A DNA stretch of 64,000 bases from a virus: positions 32,001 to 96,000 of the IMG/VR virus record IMGVR_UViG_3300044956_000431. The stretch is one strand, 5' to 3'. The position numbers and the translations under genes were made by a program. The number at the start of each line of letters is the position of its first letter. The stretch's first letter is position 1. Of the stretch, positions 47,444 to 56,716 are shown one piece after another. Below the pieces are notes generated by a model that made no database searches, was not told the DNA's origin, and saw only the letters and a list, made by a program, of their open reading frames with translations.

Positions 47444-48346
47444 TTAAGTTATGTGTATAGAAAAGTTGTTGTTGCTTTTGAGATTTTTAAAAATCAACAG
47501 TCGATAGTAAGTCAATCGATCACAAAGATTAGGTATATTACCTAGATTTAAGTTCTTTCCGATAGGAACTCTGCCATGTGATTGACACCATGCTTGATAT
47601 TCTTTACTTAGCGGAATAGTTTGTGATGGACTCAAACTCAATGAAACAAATCCAAGAAACTCATTAAATGAGTTTTCATCATTGTGTTCAAGATTTCGAT
47701 CAAAGTATAAAAATTTATTATACAAAGTTCTGCCACAATGATTAAAAGTTAAACTGAAATTTGCTATGTCATTGGTTAAGATAGATTTGTCAAACATATT
47801 TGGGAATGGGTGCAATAACCCACCTGCCACTGTTTCAAAGCTGATAGTATCGAACATCTCCTCTACCATATGTGCATTAAGATTGATGTCATCGTACAAC
47901 TGAGTTCGATTTAATTTTGATAATAAGTTTCCAATTTTGACAAATCTCTCTGAATCAGGAAACATGTCATGTATGAGTTCAGCGGTGCCTGAAAAATTGC
48001 TTTGCTTTCTCTTAGCCTCTATGTCATACAACTGATTGAGACTGTTTACCCAATCCGAATGCAGTTTATTTAAATTATATTGATCTAGATAATCCTCGGT
48101 GTTAAAAACATCATACTGCCAATCTGTTAATTCATGTATCCAAGAATTAACTTCAGATAAAGTTGAATGTAGTTGATTGATTCGCTGGGCAACAACGTTG
48201 GGCCACGGTTGAGATTTTTTTAAAACCGAAAATAAATTTATATTTCGTTGATTTAGCTGATCCACATAATACTCAAGCACTTGGGGGTAAACAGATTCAA
48301 ATTCAATGGAATCACCCGAGTTTTCGAACACAATTTGAAATTTCAT
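47444..48346 (-). CDS. hypothetical protein (paralog of 33736..34554)
   Basis: LNKLHSDW, YQAWC...NLGNI; AT-rich; start MKFQIV. Confidence 0.75.
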   Translation of the reverse strand: MKFQIVFENSGDSIEFESVYPQVLEYYVDQLNQRNINLFSVLKKSQPWPNVVAQRINQLHSTLSEVNSWIHELTDWQYDVFNTEDYLDQYNLNKLHSDWVNSLNQLYDIEAKRKQSNFSGTAELIHDMFPDSERFVKIGNLLSKLNRTQLYDDINLNAHMVEEMFDTISFETVAGGLLHPFPNMFDKSILTNDIANFSLTFNHCGRTLYNKFLYFDRNLEHNDENSFNEFLGFVSLSLSPSQTIPLSKEYQAWCQSHGRVPIGKNLNLGNIPNLCDRLTYYRLLIFKNLKSNNNFSIHIT

Positions 48347-48353
48347 ATAAATT

Positions 48354-48376
48354 GTGCAAGGTCTAGAACCTTGCAC
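48354..48376 (-). other. hairpin after ssb (weak terminator or stabiliser)
   Basis: GTGCAAGG/CCTTGCAC stem with a poor U tail. Confidence 0.5.
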
Positions 48377-48388
48377 TTTCTTAAAAAA

Positions 48389-49384
48389 CTACTTTTGTTG
48401 CCTAGCGCGAATCATAGCCAGGATGTCCTCGGCTTTTTGTGCAGACTTAGTTGCGACAACAGGTGCTGCCGCAATTGCCAAATTCTCTCCCTTGTCATCA
48501 AACGCACTAGAAGAAGCAGGTGCAGGCTTGGCCTGTGCTACTGGTACTGCCGCTTCTTCAGTGTGTTCAGAGCCACTTGACGAAGAACCTTGCGGAGCGG
48601 CAAGACCAGCAGGACGGAAGTATGCACCCCAACGGTCGGGATCGTAAGGTTTGCCATCTACCGAAGCCTCAAACATTTCTTTTATGACTTTGAGTTCAGC
48701 CTCTGATGGTTTCTTAGGAAGGAAGTCGGAGAGCGTAAACAAACCGTAAGCTTCGATTGCGGCCTGTTCTGCCTCAGTCAATGCGCTTTCCTTACGAGCC
48801 CATTTACTGGTTGAGTAGTCTGCGTAACCACCTTTGGATATCTTGGTGATACGGAAATCCAGACCACGCATCAAGTCTGTTGGCAACTCTTCCAGTTCAG
48901 AATCCATGAGTGCTGACTTGATTGTTTGGAAAATCTGAGGACCGATGATAAATCGACGAATTGGATTTTCAGGATTCTTGTCATCAGACAGTGGGTTTTC
49001 GCGAACAAAACCTTGCATGATGTAACTGCGCTTTTTCCAATACTTACGGCCCATGTCTTCAAGAGCTTTGTCTTTGAACCACGTGCGTACTTCTGCCAAG
49101 ATTGGACAAGCTTCGCCCCACATCTCAACACAAGGTACTTGTACCTGAACCTGTTTGGATTCCATTTCCCCTTTGATGCCGTTAAACAGTAGTTTGATCA
49201 TTGCACGTTCAGCCCAAAAGAAAGTGTTCTTTGAGTTACCGTCAGGAAGGAAACGCACTACTGCGCTTGCGCCTTCGTCGATGTTCCAGTGGGGATAGAT
49301 TGCGTTGTCGCCGCCTTGTGATTGACCGCCTTTGTTTGACTCTGCGGCTTGGAGTCGTGCGCGGATTTCTGCTAAAGATGCCAT
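48389..49384 (-). CDS. single-stranded DNA-binding protein (gp32-like)
   Basis: VRFLPD, C...CP, YWKKRSY, GGYADY, flexible acidic tail. Confidence 0.88.
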   Translation of the reverse strand: MASLAEIRARLQAAESNKGGQSQGGDNAIYPHWNIDEGASAVVRFLPDGNSKNTFFWAERAMIKLLFNGIKGEMESKQVQVQVPCVEMWGEACPILAEVRTWFKDKALEDMGRKYWKKRSYIMQGFVRENPLSDDKNPENPIRRFIIGPQIFQTIKSALMDSELEELPTDLMRGLDFRITKISKGGYADYSTSKWARKESALTEAEQAAIEAYGLFTLSDFLPKKPSEAELKVIKEMFEASVDGKPYDPDRWGAYFRPAGLAAPQGSSSSGSEHTEEAAVPVAQAKPAPASSSAFDDKGENLAIAAAPVVATKSAQKAEDILAMIRARQQK

Positions 49385-49528
49385 AATAGAAATTGTCCTT
49401 TCAAGAAGTTTATGTGCCTATATATGCCTTGCATACACCCAACTGAGTGGGGCATAGATATTTATACTGTCATTGTCAACAGGTTGAATTTTTTCAGACC
49501 TTTGAACGTTGTGTTTAAATATCAGCAT

Positions 49529-50158
49529 ATGCCACAGTATAACACACAATTGCAACAAGTCAAGATTTATGACAAAATCAGTTTGGTAGATCCAGTGGCG
49601 TCAAACCTCTGGGAAGTTGATCAATGTTTTGATCTGCCTACCTATCAGCAGTTGAGAAATATGGTCAGCACCCACGGCAATGAGTTTGGCTGTAGTTATC
49701 TAAACAAAAGATTAGAACTAACTGCTTCTAGTCCTGGATTTGAATTTTTAACCCAACTAGGCCAGAACATGACTGCCAGTCTGAGTCACATAGTTGGACA
49801 TGCTCTAACGTTCATGACTCCAAAGTACTGGCTAGACTTGCCAGCTTTTGGTTGTCAAACACATTCTGATTCACAAGAGATTTTTGTTTCTTACCAAGTA
49901 TATTTAGGATCATCATTTGTCGATGAAATACGATCTTTACAGCACAGAGATAGCAATGCCAATGTTATTGAATATCTAGATCTTCCTAACAATCTAATGG
50001 CGCGAGGAGCAACATTCCTGCATGTTGAACCACCTGTACAGATCACGTTCAAGCCAAACCATGGCTATATTAGCCTAAACAGTGATCTCAAGCCACATCG
50101 AGTTGACGGTACCTGGGATACTAGGATCAGTGTGATGTTTCAGTATTCACGAGTATAA
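49529..50158 (+). CDS. 2OG-Fe(II) oxygenase-like protein
   Basis: THSD, QVYL, F.PNHGY, PH, RIS; start MPQY 7 nt after TAAATA. Confidence 0.65.
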   Translation: MPQYNTQLQQVKIYDKISLVDPVASNLWEVDQCFDLPTYQQLRNMVSTHGNEFGCSYLNKRLELTASSPGFEFLTQLGQNMTASLSHIVGHALTFMTPKYWLDLPAFGCQTHSDSQEIFVSYQVYLGSSFVDEIRSLQHRDSNANVIEYLDLPNNLMARGATFLHVEPPVQITFKPNHGYISLNSDLKPHRVDGTWDTRISVMFQYSRV

Positions 50159-50703
50159 CTCAACACCAAGACTTCGCGTATCGAGTTGTTAGGGACTCGG
50201 CCTATCATTCCATTGAAGCCTCTTGGATTGTTGACATAGATGCTGGCCATGTTTGGTTGATACTGAACAATATCTACATCGTGTCGTGTGAGTTTGCGTT
50301 TTGTCTGATAGTCTAGTTCGGATGTTTTGTTGACTTCTCTATCGTGACAGAAAGCAAAATCCATTCTATAATCTGAATCTTCAGACATTGCTATTTGCAC
50401 TTGTACGTAGATGTCTGGGTGCAAGCGGTGCATCATGATTGAACTGCCTGGCAAGTCAATGCTTACATAAGCAACCTGCGGTGCAATATTTTGTTGTATG
50501 ATATCGCCAATACGTTGTTTTTCTTGGCGTACGATATCTTGTAGTTCTGGAGAATCGCTCCAAGGAGTCAACAACCTATCATCGTACTGCATTGTAAATG
50601 GCATACGACTCTTACGATAGAGCTGTTTTATTTCTTGGAATCGCTGTGCATCAAAATAAGACTGCACTTGCCAAAGCTGTTGATTGACTCGATACAGGCT
50701 CAT
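50140..50703 (-). CDS. degenerate 2OG-Fe(II) oxygenase-like paralog
   Basis: DLPG..MH, VQI, Y.PN, RE pattern; lacks HxD. Confidence 0.5.
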   Translation of the reverse strand: MSLYRVNQQLWQVQSYFDAQRFQEIKQLYRKSRMPFTMQYDDRLLTPWSDSPELQDIVRQEKQRIGDIIQQNIAPQVAYVSIDLPGSSIMMHRLHPDIYVQVQIAMSEDSDYRMDFAFCHDREVNKTSELDYQTKRKLTRHDVDIVQYQPNMASIYVNNPRGFNGMIGRVPNNSIREVLVLSYTREY

Positions 50704-51974
50704 TGGTGTGCAGGTGCGGCTTGAGTGTCTAACTCAGTATCAACTTTGGCCTGTGCTTGATCAGCTGGTATGCCTAGTGCTATCAAACGTTCTATCACGC
50801 GAGAATCTTCCCAACAGTTGGCGTCAGGATTTTTATCTGCAATATCATATAATATGTCAAACAAATGGTCGTCACCAACAAGGTCATAGAGCTGTTCGGT
50901 GGCATTGGTGGCGTCTGGACCAACTATCAGTGGTTTTCCTAGAAGGTCTTGCATTTTTTTGGCGGCTTTAGGAGTGTCAGGCAATGCCCATGTGCCTTCC
51001 ATCACACGGTTAGCCCAGGTTTCAAAAACGTCGGCCTCTTTGAGTGGAGTTTCTTGTAGCTTGGCCAACACAGGCAGAGCTTGTTCTATTCGAGGATCAA
51101 GACTCTGTTGTACAAAAAGTTCGCGAATGGTTTCCACAGCTTCATCTACAGAAGTGATCTGCGCAGGATCAAAAGCAGATTTTTCTTCGTGATAACCTCT
51201 ACGACTGATCAATCGCTTGGCCTTGGCCTTGAGATCAGTGTAATGACGTACTGCCGCTTCAACCATGTGTGCCGCATTGCCGTCATAGTTTTTGTGCTTG
51301 GATGCTCTTACAAAGTTTGCCAGGGTGCGCATTTCATCAACGATTTCGTTGATATGCTGTCCAAATGAGTCGTACGGGTTGCCGCCTTCGGCCACATGCC
51401 GTGCCAACATACGACCATGCATGAGACTGCGACTGGGTACTTTGAAACGTTCACCTTGGACTGTTTCAACATAGATGCTTTCTATGTTGCGGTATCTTGC
51501 TTCGCCTTCTTCAAGATCTCTGCTGTGCTTGATACGTAGGCGAGTTTTCTGTGGTTGATCAGTGTAGCTGATTTTACGGCTGCCATAGTAGCTTTCAAAG
51601 ATACTCTCTTTGATTGCAGCCATGGTTTTCATGTTGTATTTGAGTCTTGATAGATTTTTTAGGCTAAAAGTCAACAAGTTACGCTTGGCAAACATCCGAA
51701 CAAGATACAAGAAATCATACCAATCCTTGCGATCGTCGCCTTCCATGGCACGACCCATATTGTCCCCAAAATAAATGTCTAGGTTATTTTTACCATCTAG
51801 TGCTATGACCACAGCACCATAGTCCTGTTGATCTGTGCGATAATCAAAGCTGATGATTTCGGCTTTGGCAGGATCATCAGCAGGCTTGCCCATGCTATCC
51901 AGAGCTTCGGGCTCAAAATCTCTGGAAACCAGCAGATCGTATAGTTGTTGGGCAGCAGTGTTGGATTGACTCAT
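50700..51974 (-). CDS. hypothetical virion protein
   Basis: GERFK, MLARHVAEGG.PYD; internal I/L-x-E motifs; late promoter. Confidence 0.6.
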   Translation of the reverse strand: MSQSNTAAQQLYDLLVSRDFEPEALDSMGKPADDPAKAEIISFDYRTDQQDYGAVVIALDGKNNLDIYFGDNMGRAMEGDDRKDWYDFLYLVRMFAKRNLLTFSLKNLSRLKYNMKTMAAIKESIFESYYGSRKISYTDQPQKTRLRIKHSRDLEEGEARYRNIESIYVETVQGERFKVPSRSLMHGRMLARHVAEGGNPYDSFGQHINEIVDEMRTLANFVRASKHKNYDGNAAHMVEAAVRHYTDLKAKAKRLISRRGYHEEKSAFDPAQITSVDEAVETIRELFVQQSLDPRIEQALPVLAKLQETPLKEADVFETWANRVMEGTWALPDTPKAAKKMQDLLGKPLIVGPDATNATEQLYDLVGDDHLFDILYDIADKNPDANCWEDSRVIERLIALGIPADQAQAKVDTELDTQAAPAHQ

Positions 51975-51987
51975 AGTAGTGTATTTA

Positions 51988-53553
51988 TTAGAAGGCAGCT
52001 ATGAAGGGCATGGGTTCTATGATCGTGTCTGTGTGATCGCGCAGTTGTGTATCTAACTCAGTGTGATAGCTCTGTAATACCTGCATCATGCGCACAGCCA
52101 ACACCGTGGCCATGATGAGATCGTCTGTTTCTCCCACTTTGGCCGCGTAACTGGCACCAGCCGCTATGAAAGTTTTGAGTTCAGAAACCAGCCCCGACGA
52201 GTGTATTTGCATGCGTCCAGTTTCGATAAGATTTTTCAGTTTGGCACAGGCTGCAAGTTTGGGCTTGTGGCTGGTGTTAAACCCTTTGCGATATCGGCGG
52301 CCGGACCCACCGCTGTTTTCGCTAAGAAAGTAACCCTGTATGTTTTCTTCACCGTACTCTGCAATAGAGATCAACGCCGCTTCGCCAATGGTATTGTTTT
52401 CAATGCTGAAGTAAATGTTTTTAGAATCTTTCACTGTTTCGTTGATGTGCCGGCATATATTTGATAGAATGCGCACTTGTTCAGGGATGGTGGTTCTGTT
52501 GTGTCGCCACTCGGCCACTTGCTCTGTGGTGTTGGCGTCAAAAACCTGTATGGCCGCAGGATCGCCGCCAGTGCCCAAGCTGGGATCTAGGGCCACTACG
52601 TAAAATCGATCTTTCAAAAGTTTACGGAACCAACGCACTTGTCCGGTCTTGTACAATACATCACTGCTTTTGAGATCCAACAGCTTGACGGGTGATATCA
52701 AAGTTTCGTCATCAATGATAAACTCACAGTCCATCTCCCTACGAAAACGTTCATCGCCCAGAATGGCTCGCTGTTGATTGGCCCAGGCATCATCTCGATC
52801 CGGGTGTTCGCGCCAGAAAGCCCGGAATGCCTTGAACCCATTTTGTCCTATGCTTGTTTGGTTACCGTAGTCATCTTCTAGCTTGTTAGCCATCTTCCAG
52901 ATCATGGCAAACTGATCTTCGTCTGAGTTAGGAGTTGATGTAATAATGGCTTTACCACCAGTTGACAGTGTGGGGGTGATAGAAGTCCAAAACTCTTTGG
53001 CTATGGTAGGTCGGACGAATGCAAACTCATCACAGTACAGCAAGGTTATACTCATACCACGACCTGTGTTTTCTGTAGTGGTTTGTGCTACAATACGACT
53101 ACCGTTGTCAAACTCCAAACTGCCTTTGTTATAACTGGTCACGCCCGCTCGGATATGGTCTGGGCAAGCTTCGTAAGCATAACGTACACGTTGCATGATT
53201 TCCTGCGCACCCAAATACTTGTGTGCCGCGACCAAGATGGTACTATCTGGAACAAACATAGCGTACCATAAAAGATAGCCAGCAGCCGAGGTTGATTTGC
53301 CCGTTTGCCTAGGCATCATGCTGATAGAGAATCTATAACTGTGGTATATCTCTATCAGCCGACCTTGGAACTCATAGGGCTGATACAACATTTTTCCATG
53401 TAAGGGATGTTGGATGTAAAAGAAATGACTCATGAAGTAGGCTGGCCCTGTGACAGGATCTGCACAGTTCATGAACTCTTCAATCTGCTGTTCGTTGTAA
53501 TGATGACGCCGATGTGGAGCCTTGATCAGTACGCCTTCTAAACTCTTACTCAT
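51988..53553 (-). CDS. terL: terminase large subunit (gp17-like)
   Basis: PRQTGKS, CDEFAF, STPN, LDPSLGTGGD, DDL. Confidence 0.96.
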   Translation of the reverse strand: MSKSLEGVLIKAPHRRHHYNEQQIEEFMNCADPVTGPAYFMSHFFYIQHPLHGKMLYQPYEFQGRLIEIYHSYRFSISMMPRQTGKSTSAAGYLLWYAMFVPDSTILVAAHKYLGAQEIMQRVRYAYEACPDHIRAGVTSYNKGSLEFDNGSRIVAQTTTENTGRGMSITLLYCDEFAFVRPTIAKEFWTSITPTLSTGGKAIITSTPNSDEDQFAMIWKMANKLEDDYGNQTSIGQNGFKAFRAFWREHPDRDDAWANQQRAILGDERFRREMDCEFIIDDETLISPVKLLDLKSSDVLYKTGQVRWFRKLLKDRFYVVALDPSLGTGGDPAAIQVFDANTTEQVAEWRHNRTTIPEQVRILSNICRHINETVKDSKNIYFSIENNTIGEAALISIAEYGEENIQGYFLSENSGGSGRRYRKGFNTSHKPKLAACAKLKNLIETGRMQIHSSGLVSELKTFIAAGASYAAKVGETDDLIMATVLAVRMMQVLQSYHTELDTQLRDHTDTIIEPMPFIAAF

Positions 53554-53591
53554 GCTATTACTTACCTAAATATGCACATATAAATATTCTT

Positions 53592-54137
53592 ATGAGCGAT
53601 ACACTAATACTAGCACCGGACTATCAGCCGGTCAACTACTTGCCACTATCAACCATAGACTGGCAAACTGCTATTAAGCTGTTCTTCTTGGACAAAATCC
53701 AAGTGCTAGAATGTTATGATGATTGGATCGTACGAAGCGCCAAGCTGGAGATGCAAGTACCTGCTGTGGCCGTGACCAAAAAGGGCTTTGGCAAAAATGG
53801 CGGCATGCGTTTCAGTAGACAAAATCTATATCTGCGTGACCTGTTTACATGCCAGTACTGTGGCGATACATTCAACAGTAAACAACTGACCATCGATCAC
53901 GTGTTACCACGTGCTCAAGGCGGTACCACTTCATGGCAAAACTGTGTAGCTGCCTGCAAAGAATGTAACAGTAAAAAGAGCAACAAGATCTGGCGCCCAA
54001 ACAAAACCCCAGTAAAGCCCAACTACTGGGCCTTGGTTAACTCAGTGAAAAGTACCTACACTGGTATACGACACCCAAGCTGGAATCTTTATCTTGGTCT
54101 CAAAGACAACGATTCTAGTATTGCCAAAAATCGCTGA
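53592..54137 (+). CDS. HNH endonuclease
   Basis: RD.FTCQYC, TIDHVLP, W.NCVAAC..CN. Confidence 0.92.
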   Translation: MSDTLILAPDYQPVNYLPLSTIDWQTAIKLFFLDKIQVLECYDDWIVRSAKLEMQVPAVAVTKKGFGKNGGMRFSRQNLYLRDLFTCQYCGDTFNSKQLTIDHVLPRAQGGTTSWQNCVAACKECNSKKSNKIWRPNKTPVKPNYWALVNSVKSTYTGIRHPSWNLYLGLKDNDSSIAKNR

Positions 54138-55114
54138 TCTTTATTAATCTGGAATCTGCCTTTGAGTTCAATAAGGCGATTCCAGTTATGTTCTGTGATG
54201 TCTGTTACAGCGTTGGCAAAATCAGCAGATCCAGATTTTACAATATCTTTGACAGTGGCTACTACGCTTAGAACACGATCTTGTTCGTTGCTGATGTTGT
54301 CGTAACTCTCGTCAATATAATCACCAAATGTACGGAAACCTAGATTTTGTAGTTCTTTAAGGGCCCCAGGAACGCTCATCAATATCAATGGCATCTTGGC
54401 TGCAATAGGGCGCAGGGTTTTTTCTGTGAACCAAGATCCTTCAGAAGTCAAAGATTCAGCCCCAACTTCAAATGCACATTGATTATACAAATCAAGGCTT
54501 GGAACCAGGCTCTTCTGCCACATCGTAGGTGCTGAATCTTCTCCTACATAATGTATTGGGCTCGTTGTCTGACTCCAGTCCCAGTTGCCATCTCTGTGAT
54601 AAATCATAACAGAGTTAGAACCAATGTTTTCCAGTTCGTTCCAAATAACGTCTCTCACATGAGCTTGTCGTCCCATAGTAATCAAGAAGTCTTTGGTTAT
54701 TTGTTTTTTTGCTTTCAGTGTGACACGGCATTCAACTAGTTCAACAAATCTAGATTCTGGATCGTAAGATACTTGAATATTTTTTAACCCGTGATCAAAC
54801 CAGGCCGATTCAATGATGCAAGTTATATTTTTTGATTCTGGCTCTTGGTCAAGTTCTCTCAACCATGACAGTTCGAGTTTGAGTATCACTGGAGAATCAA
54901 CATTTTCTACCAACAACACATGATTGTTTTCTAAAAGATTATAAAGTGCTGACCGTTGAGTACGCCAAGCATTTCCTAACCATACACAGTCAGTGATAAA
55001 AATAGTATCAGTGACTTCTAAACTTTCTATTTCTGTGTAGGGGATAGCAAAGTGATTGCAGAAAAATTTCCAATGCTGTGTTTCTATAATAGGGATGATA
55101 TTTATTGACTTCAT
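54089..55114 (-). CDS. putative glycosyltransferase-like protein (TEKT motif)
   Basis: WFTEKTLRP, LGFRTF..IDESYD. Confidence 0.55.
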   Translation of the reverse strand: MKSINIIPIIETQHWKFFCNHFAIPYTEIESLEVTDTIFITDCVWLGNAWRTQRSALYNLLENNHVLLVENVDSPVILKLELSWLRELDQEPESKNITCIIESAWFDHGLKNIQVSYDPESRFVELVECRVTLKAKKQITKDFLITMGRQAHVRDVIWNELENIGSNSVMIYHRDGNWDWSQTTSPIHYVGEDSAPTMWQKSLVPSLDLYNQCAFEVGAESLTSEGSWFTEKTLRPIAAKMPLILMSVPGALKELQNLGFRTFGDYIDESYDNISNEQDRVLSVVATVKDIVKSGSADFANAVTDITEHNWNRLIELKGRFQINKDQRFLAILESLSLRPR

Positions 55115-55154
55115 CCTGTATATAGCAACAGGATTGTTCTTGAGTTAGATTAAC

Positions 55155-55592
55155 TTACTGACACCAACTTTGTTTTGCATCACCGTAGTATTCTCTAGCA
55201 AAACCGTTGCGGATCAGTTCACTACGTAGGCTAACACCATCCAGAACAATGTCACCCAGCACACGTCCGCCAAACTTGTCCCATGAGTAAAGAACTACTT
55301 GATGTTTCTTTGTAGACTGCACTGCCTTCTTGGTAAACTCTGTGGCAGCTAGGCCAAGCTGATTTTCACTGTCACACTGTGCTCTGTGTCCTTTTTCGGG
55401 AGTGTCTACACCGTAGATTCTCACAGCCAGTTCGGGTTTGAGTGGTGGCGGCAAGAATGTGGCCGCAATCACAACGGTGTCACCATCCGTGACACGAACA
55501 ATTTGTGCGTCGTAGGTGGCTGAATTTTTGGGAGTTTTTTGTGCCCAGACCAGAGCTGGCAAAAGCAACAAGGTGATTAGGATTTTTTTCAT
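55155..55592 (-). CDS. thermonuclease (SNase) with signal peptide
   Basis: DGDT, RIYGVDTPE, DKFGGRVLG; hydrophobic N-terminus. Confidence 0.9.
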   Translation of the reverse strand: MKKILITLLLLPALVWAQKTPKNSATYDAQIVRVTDGDTVVIAATFLPPPLKPELAVRIYGVDTPEKGHRAQCDSENQLGLAATEFTKKAVQSTKKHQVVLYSWDKFGGRVLGDIVLDGVSLRSELIRNGFAREYYGDAKQSWCQ

Positions 55593-55602
55593 TTGTATTC
55601 CG

Positions 55603-55731
55603 TTAAGTTTGTGATTCTTCCCAGCCTAGCTTATACAACAAGTCACTGTTGGCACCAGTGTAGCTCACAGCCAGGGTCAGGGTATATTACGCAGATACCA
55701 CGGTACAACTTTGAAGGATCTGGACCGCCAT
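55603..55731 (-). pseudogene. probable C-terminal remnant of a lost gene
   Basis: YTLTLAVSYTGANSDLLYKLGWEESQT* preceded by in-frame TAA at 55687-55689. Confidence 0.45.
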
Positions 55732-55739
55732 GTCTTATC

Positions 55740-56039
55740 TCAAGGTTGGTAGTACACTATTTCGCCTGTGGCAGGGTCAAAATACAAGGACTGTAAACCA
55801 GTGGTGTCATTGACCACACGCACATTGCCAAGAAAAACATTTGCTCCTGTTGCCTGTATGACTTTGGTCAACTTCCCTGTGGCATTGCCAATGTATATTT
55901 CGTTGGTATTGATATTTACCGTCATCTCTGCAGGACGAGCGTTGCCAGTGTAGTTGGCTATGCTTTCCTGAGCATTGTCCTTCATTACTGTACGACTGAT
56001 ACCAGTCAAGTTATCATATGGTGGTGGAGGATTGGCCAT
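55740..56039 (-). CDS. small virion/fibre-like protein
   Basis: GNARPAE...IYIGN, ATGEIVY. Confidence 0.6.
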   Translation of the reverse strand: MANPPPPYDNLTGISRTVMKDNAQESIANYTGNARPAEMTVNINTNEIYIGNATGKLTKVIQATGANVFLGNVRVVNDTTGLQSLYFDPATGEIVYYQP

Positions 56040-56416
56040 TATTGTGGATATCCTTTAAAACCTTTGATTGGACTGACTTTGTTACCGCCAGGCGGTTCTT
56101 CACTGCGCATATCGCCATCATTGAGATCGTCCCAGACGGCGCCAGCGGCTTTGTAGGCCATCTTAAGCATGTCTTGTTCTTCTCGTGTGTATGGTTGTGC
56201 TGTTTTTTCTTTACCAAACCAACTTTTCTTATCCATGTCAGGAACAAATGTTCCATCTGTACAGGCCGCGGCCATCATTACACGATTAAGAGTATAGTCA
56301 GTGTTCCACTTTTCATTATCGGCAAAGGTATTCAATCCACGTGTTGGGAAACGCTTTCTTTTAGAAAGTTTTGCGTTGCCATCAGACTCTGACAAAAACT
56401 CCCATGCTCTCACCAC
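56039..56416 (-). CDS. probable internal head protein
   Basis: RAWEFLSES leader. Confidence 0.65.
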   Translation of the reverse strand: MVRAWEFLSESDGNAKLSKRKRFPTRGLNTFADNEKWNTDYTLNRVMMAAACTDGTFVPDMDKKSWFGKEKTAQPYTREEQDMLKMAYKAAGAVWDDLNDGDMRSEEPPGGNKVSPIKGFKGYPQ

Positions 56417-56422
56417 TACTCC

Positions 56423-56701
56423 TTAGGTCACGCTTTCTTGAGCAGAACTTGCTGTTCCTAACTCAAGTGCAGTAAACGGCGTCCCTGTCACAGTAACTTT
56501 GTTACCTGCTCCAGCATAAACTTCAAACACTGTGTTGGCTGGAATATTGATTGGCGCAGAATAGACATTGCCTAAGGCTGCCGCTCCACCTAAACTAGTA
56601 GCATAGGCTTGATATGTCACAGCATTGGCCCCGGTAGAGATTTGCAGTTTGTCTGTGTAAACTGTAGCATTAGCTAAACTTGTATATACATTTGCAGCCA
56701 T
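56423..56701 (-). CDS. small virion protein
   Basis: Ala/Thr-rich, ELGTASS. Confidence 0.65.
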   Translation of the reverse strand: MAANVYTSLANATVYTDKLQISTGANAVTYQAYATSLGGAAALGNVYSAPINIPANTVFEVYAGAGNKVTVTGTPFTALELGTASSAQESVT

Positions 56702-56716
56702 TTTTATTCTCTTTCT

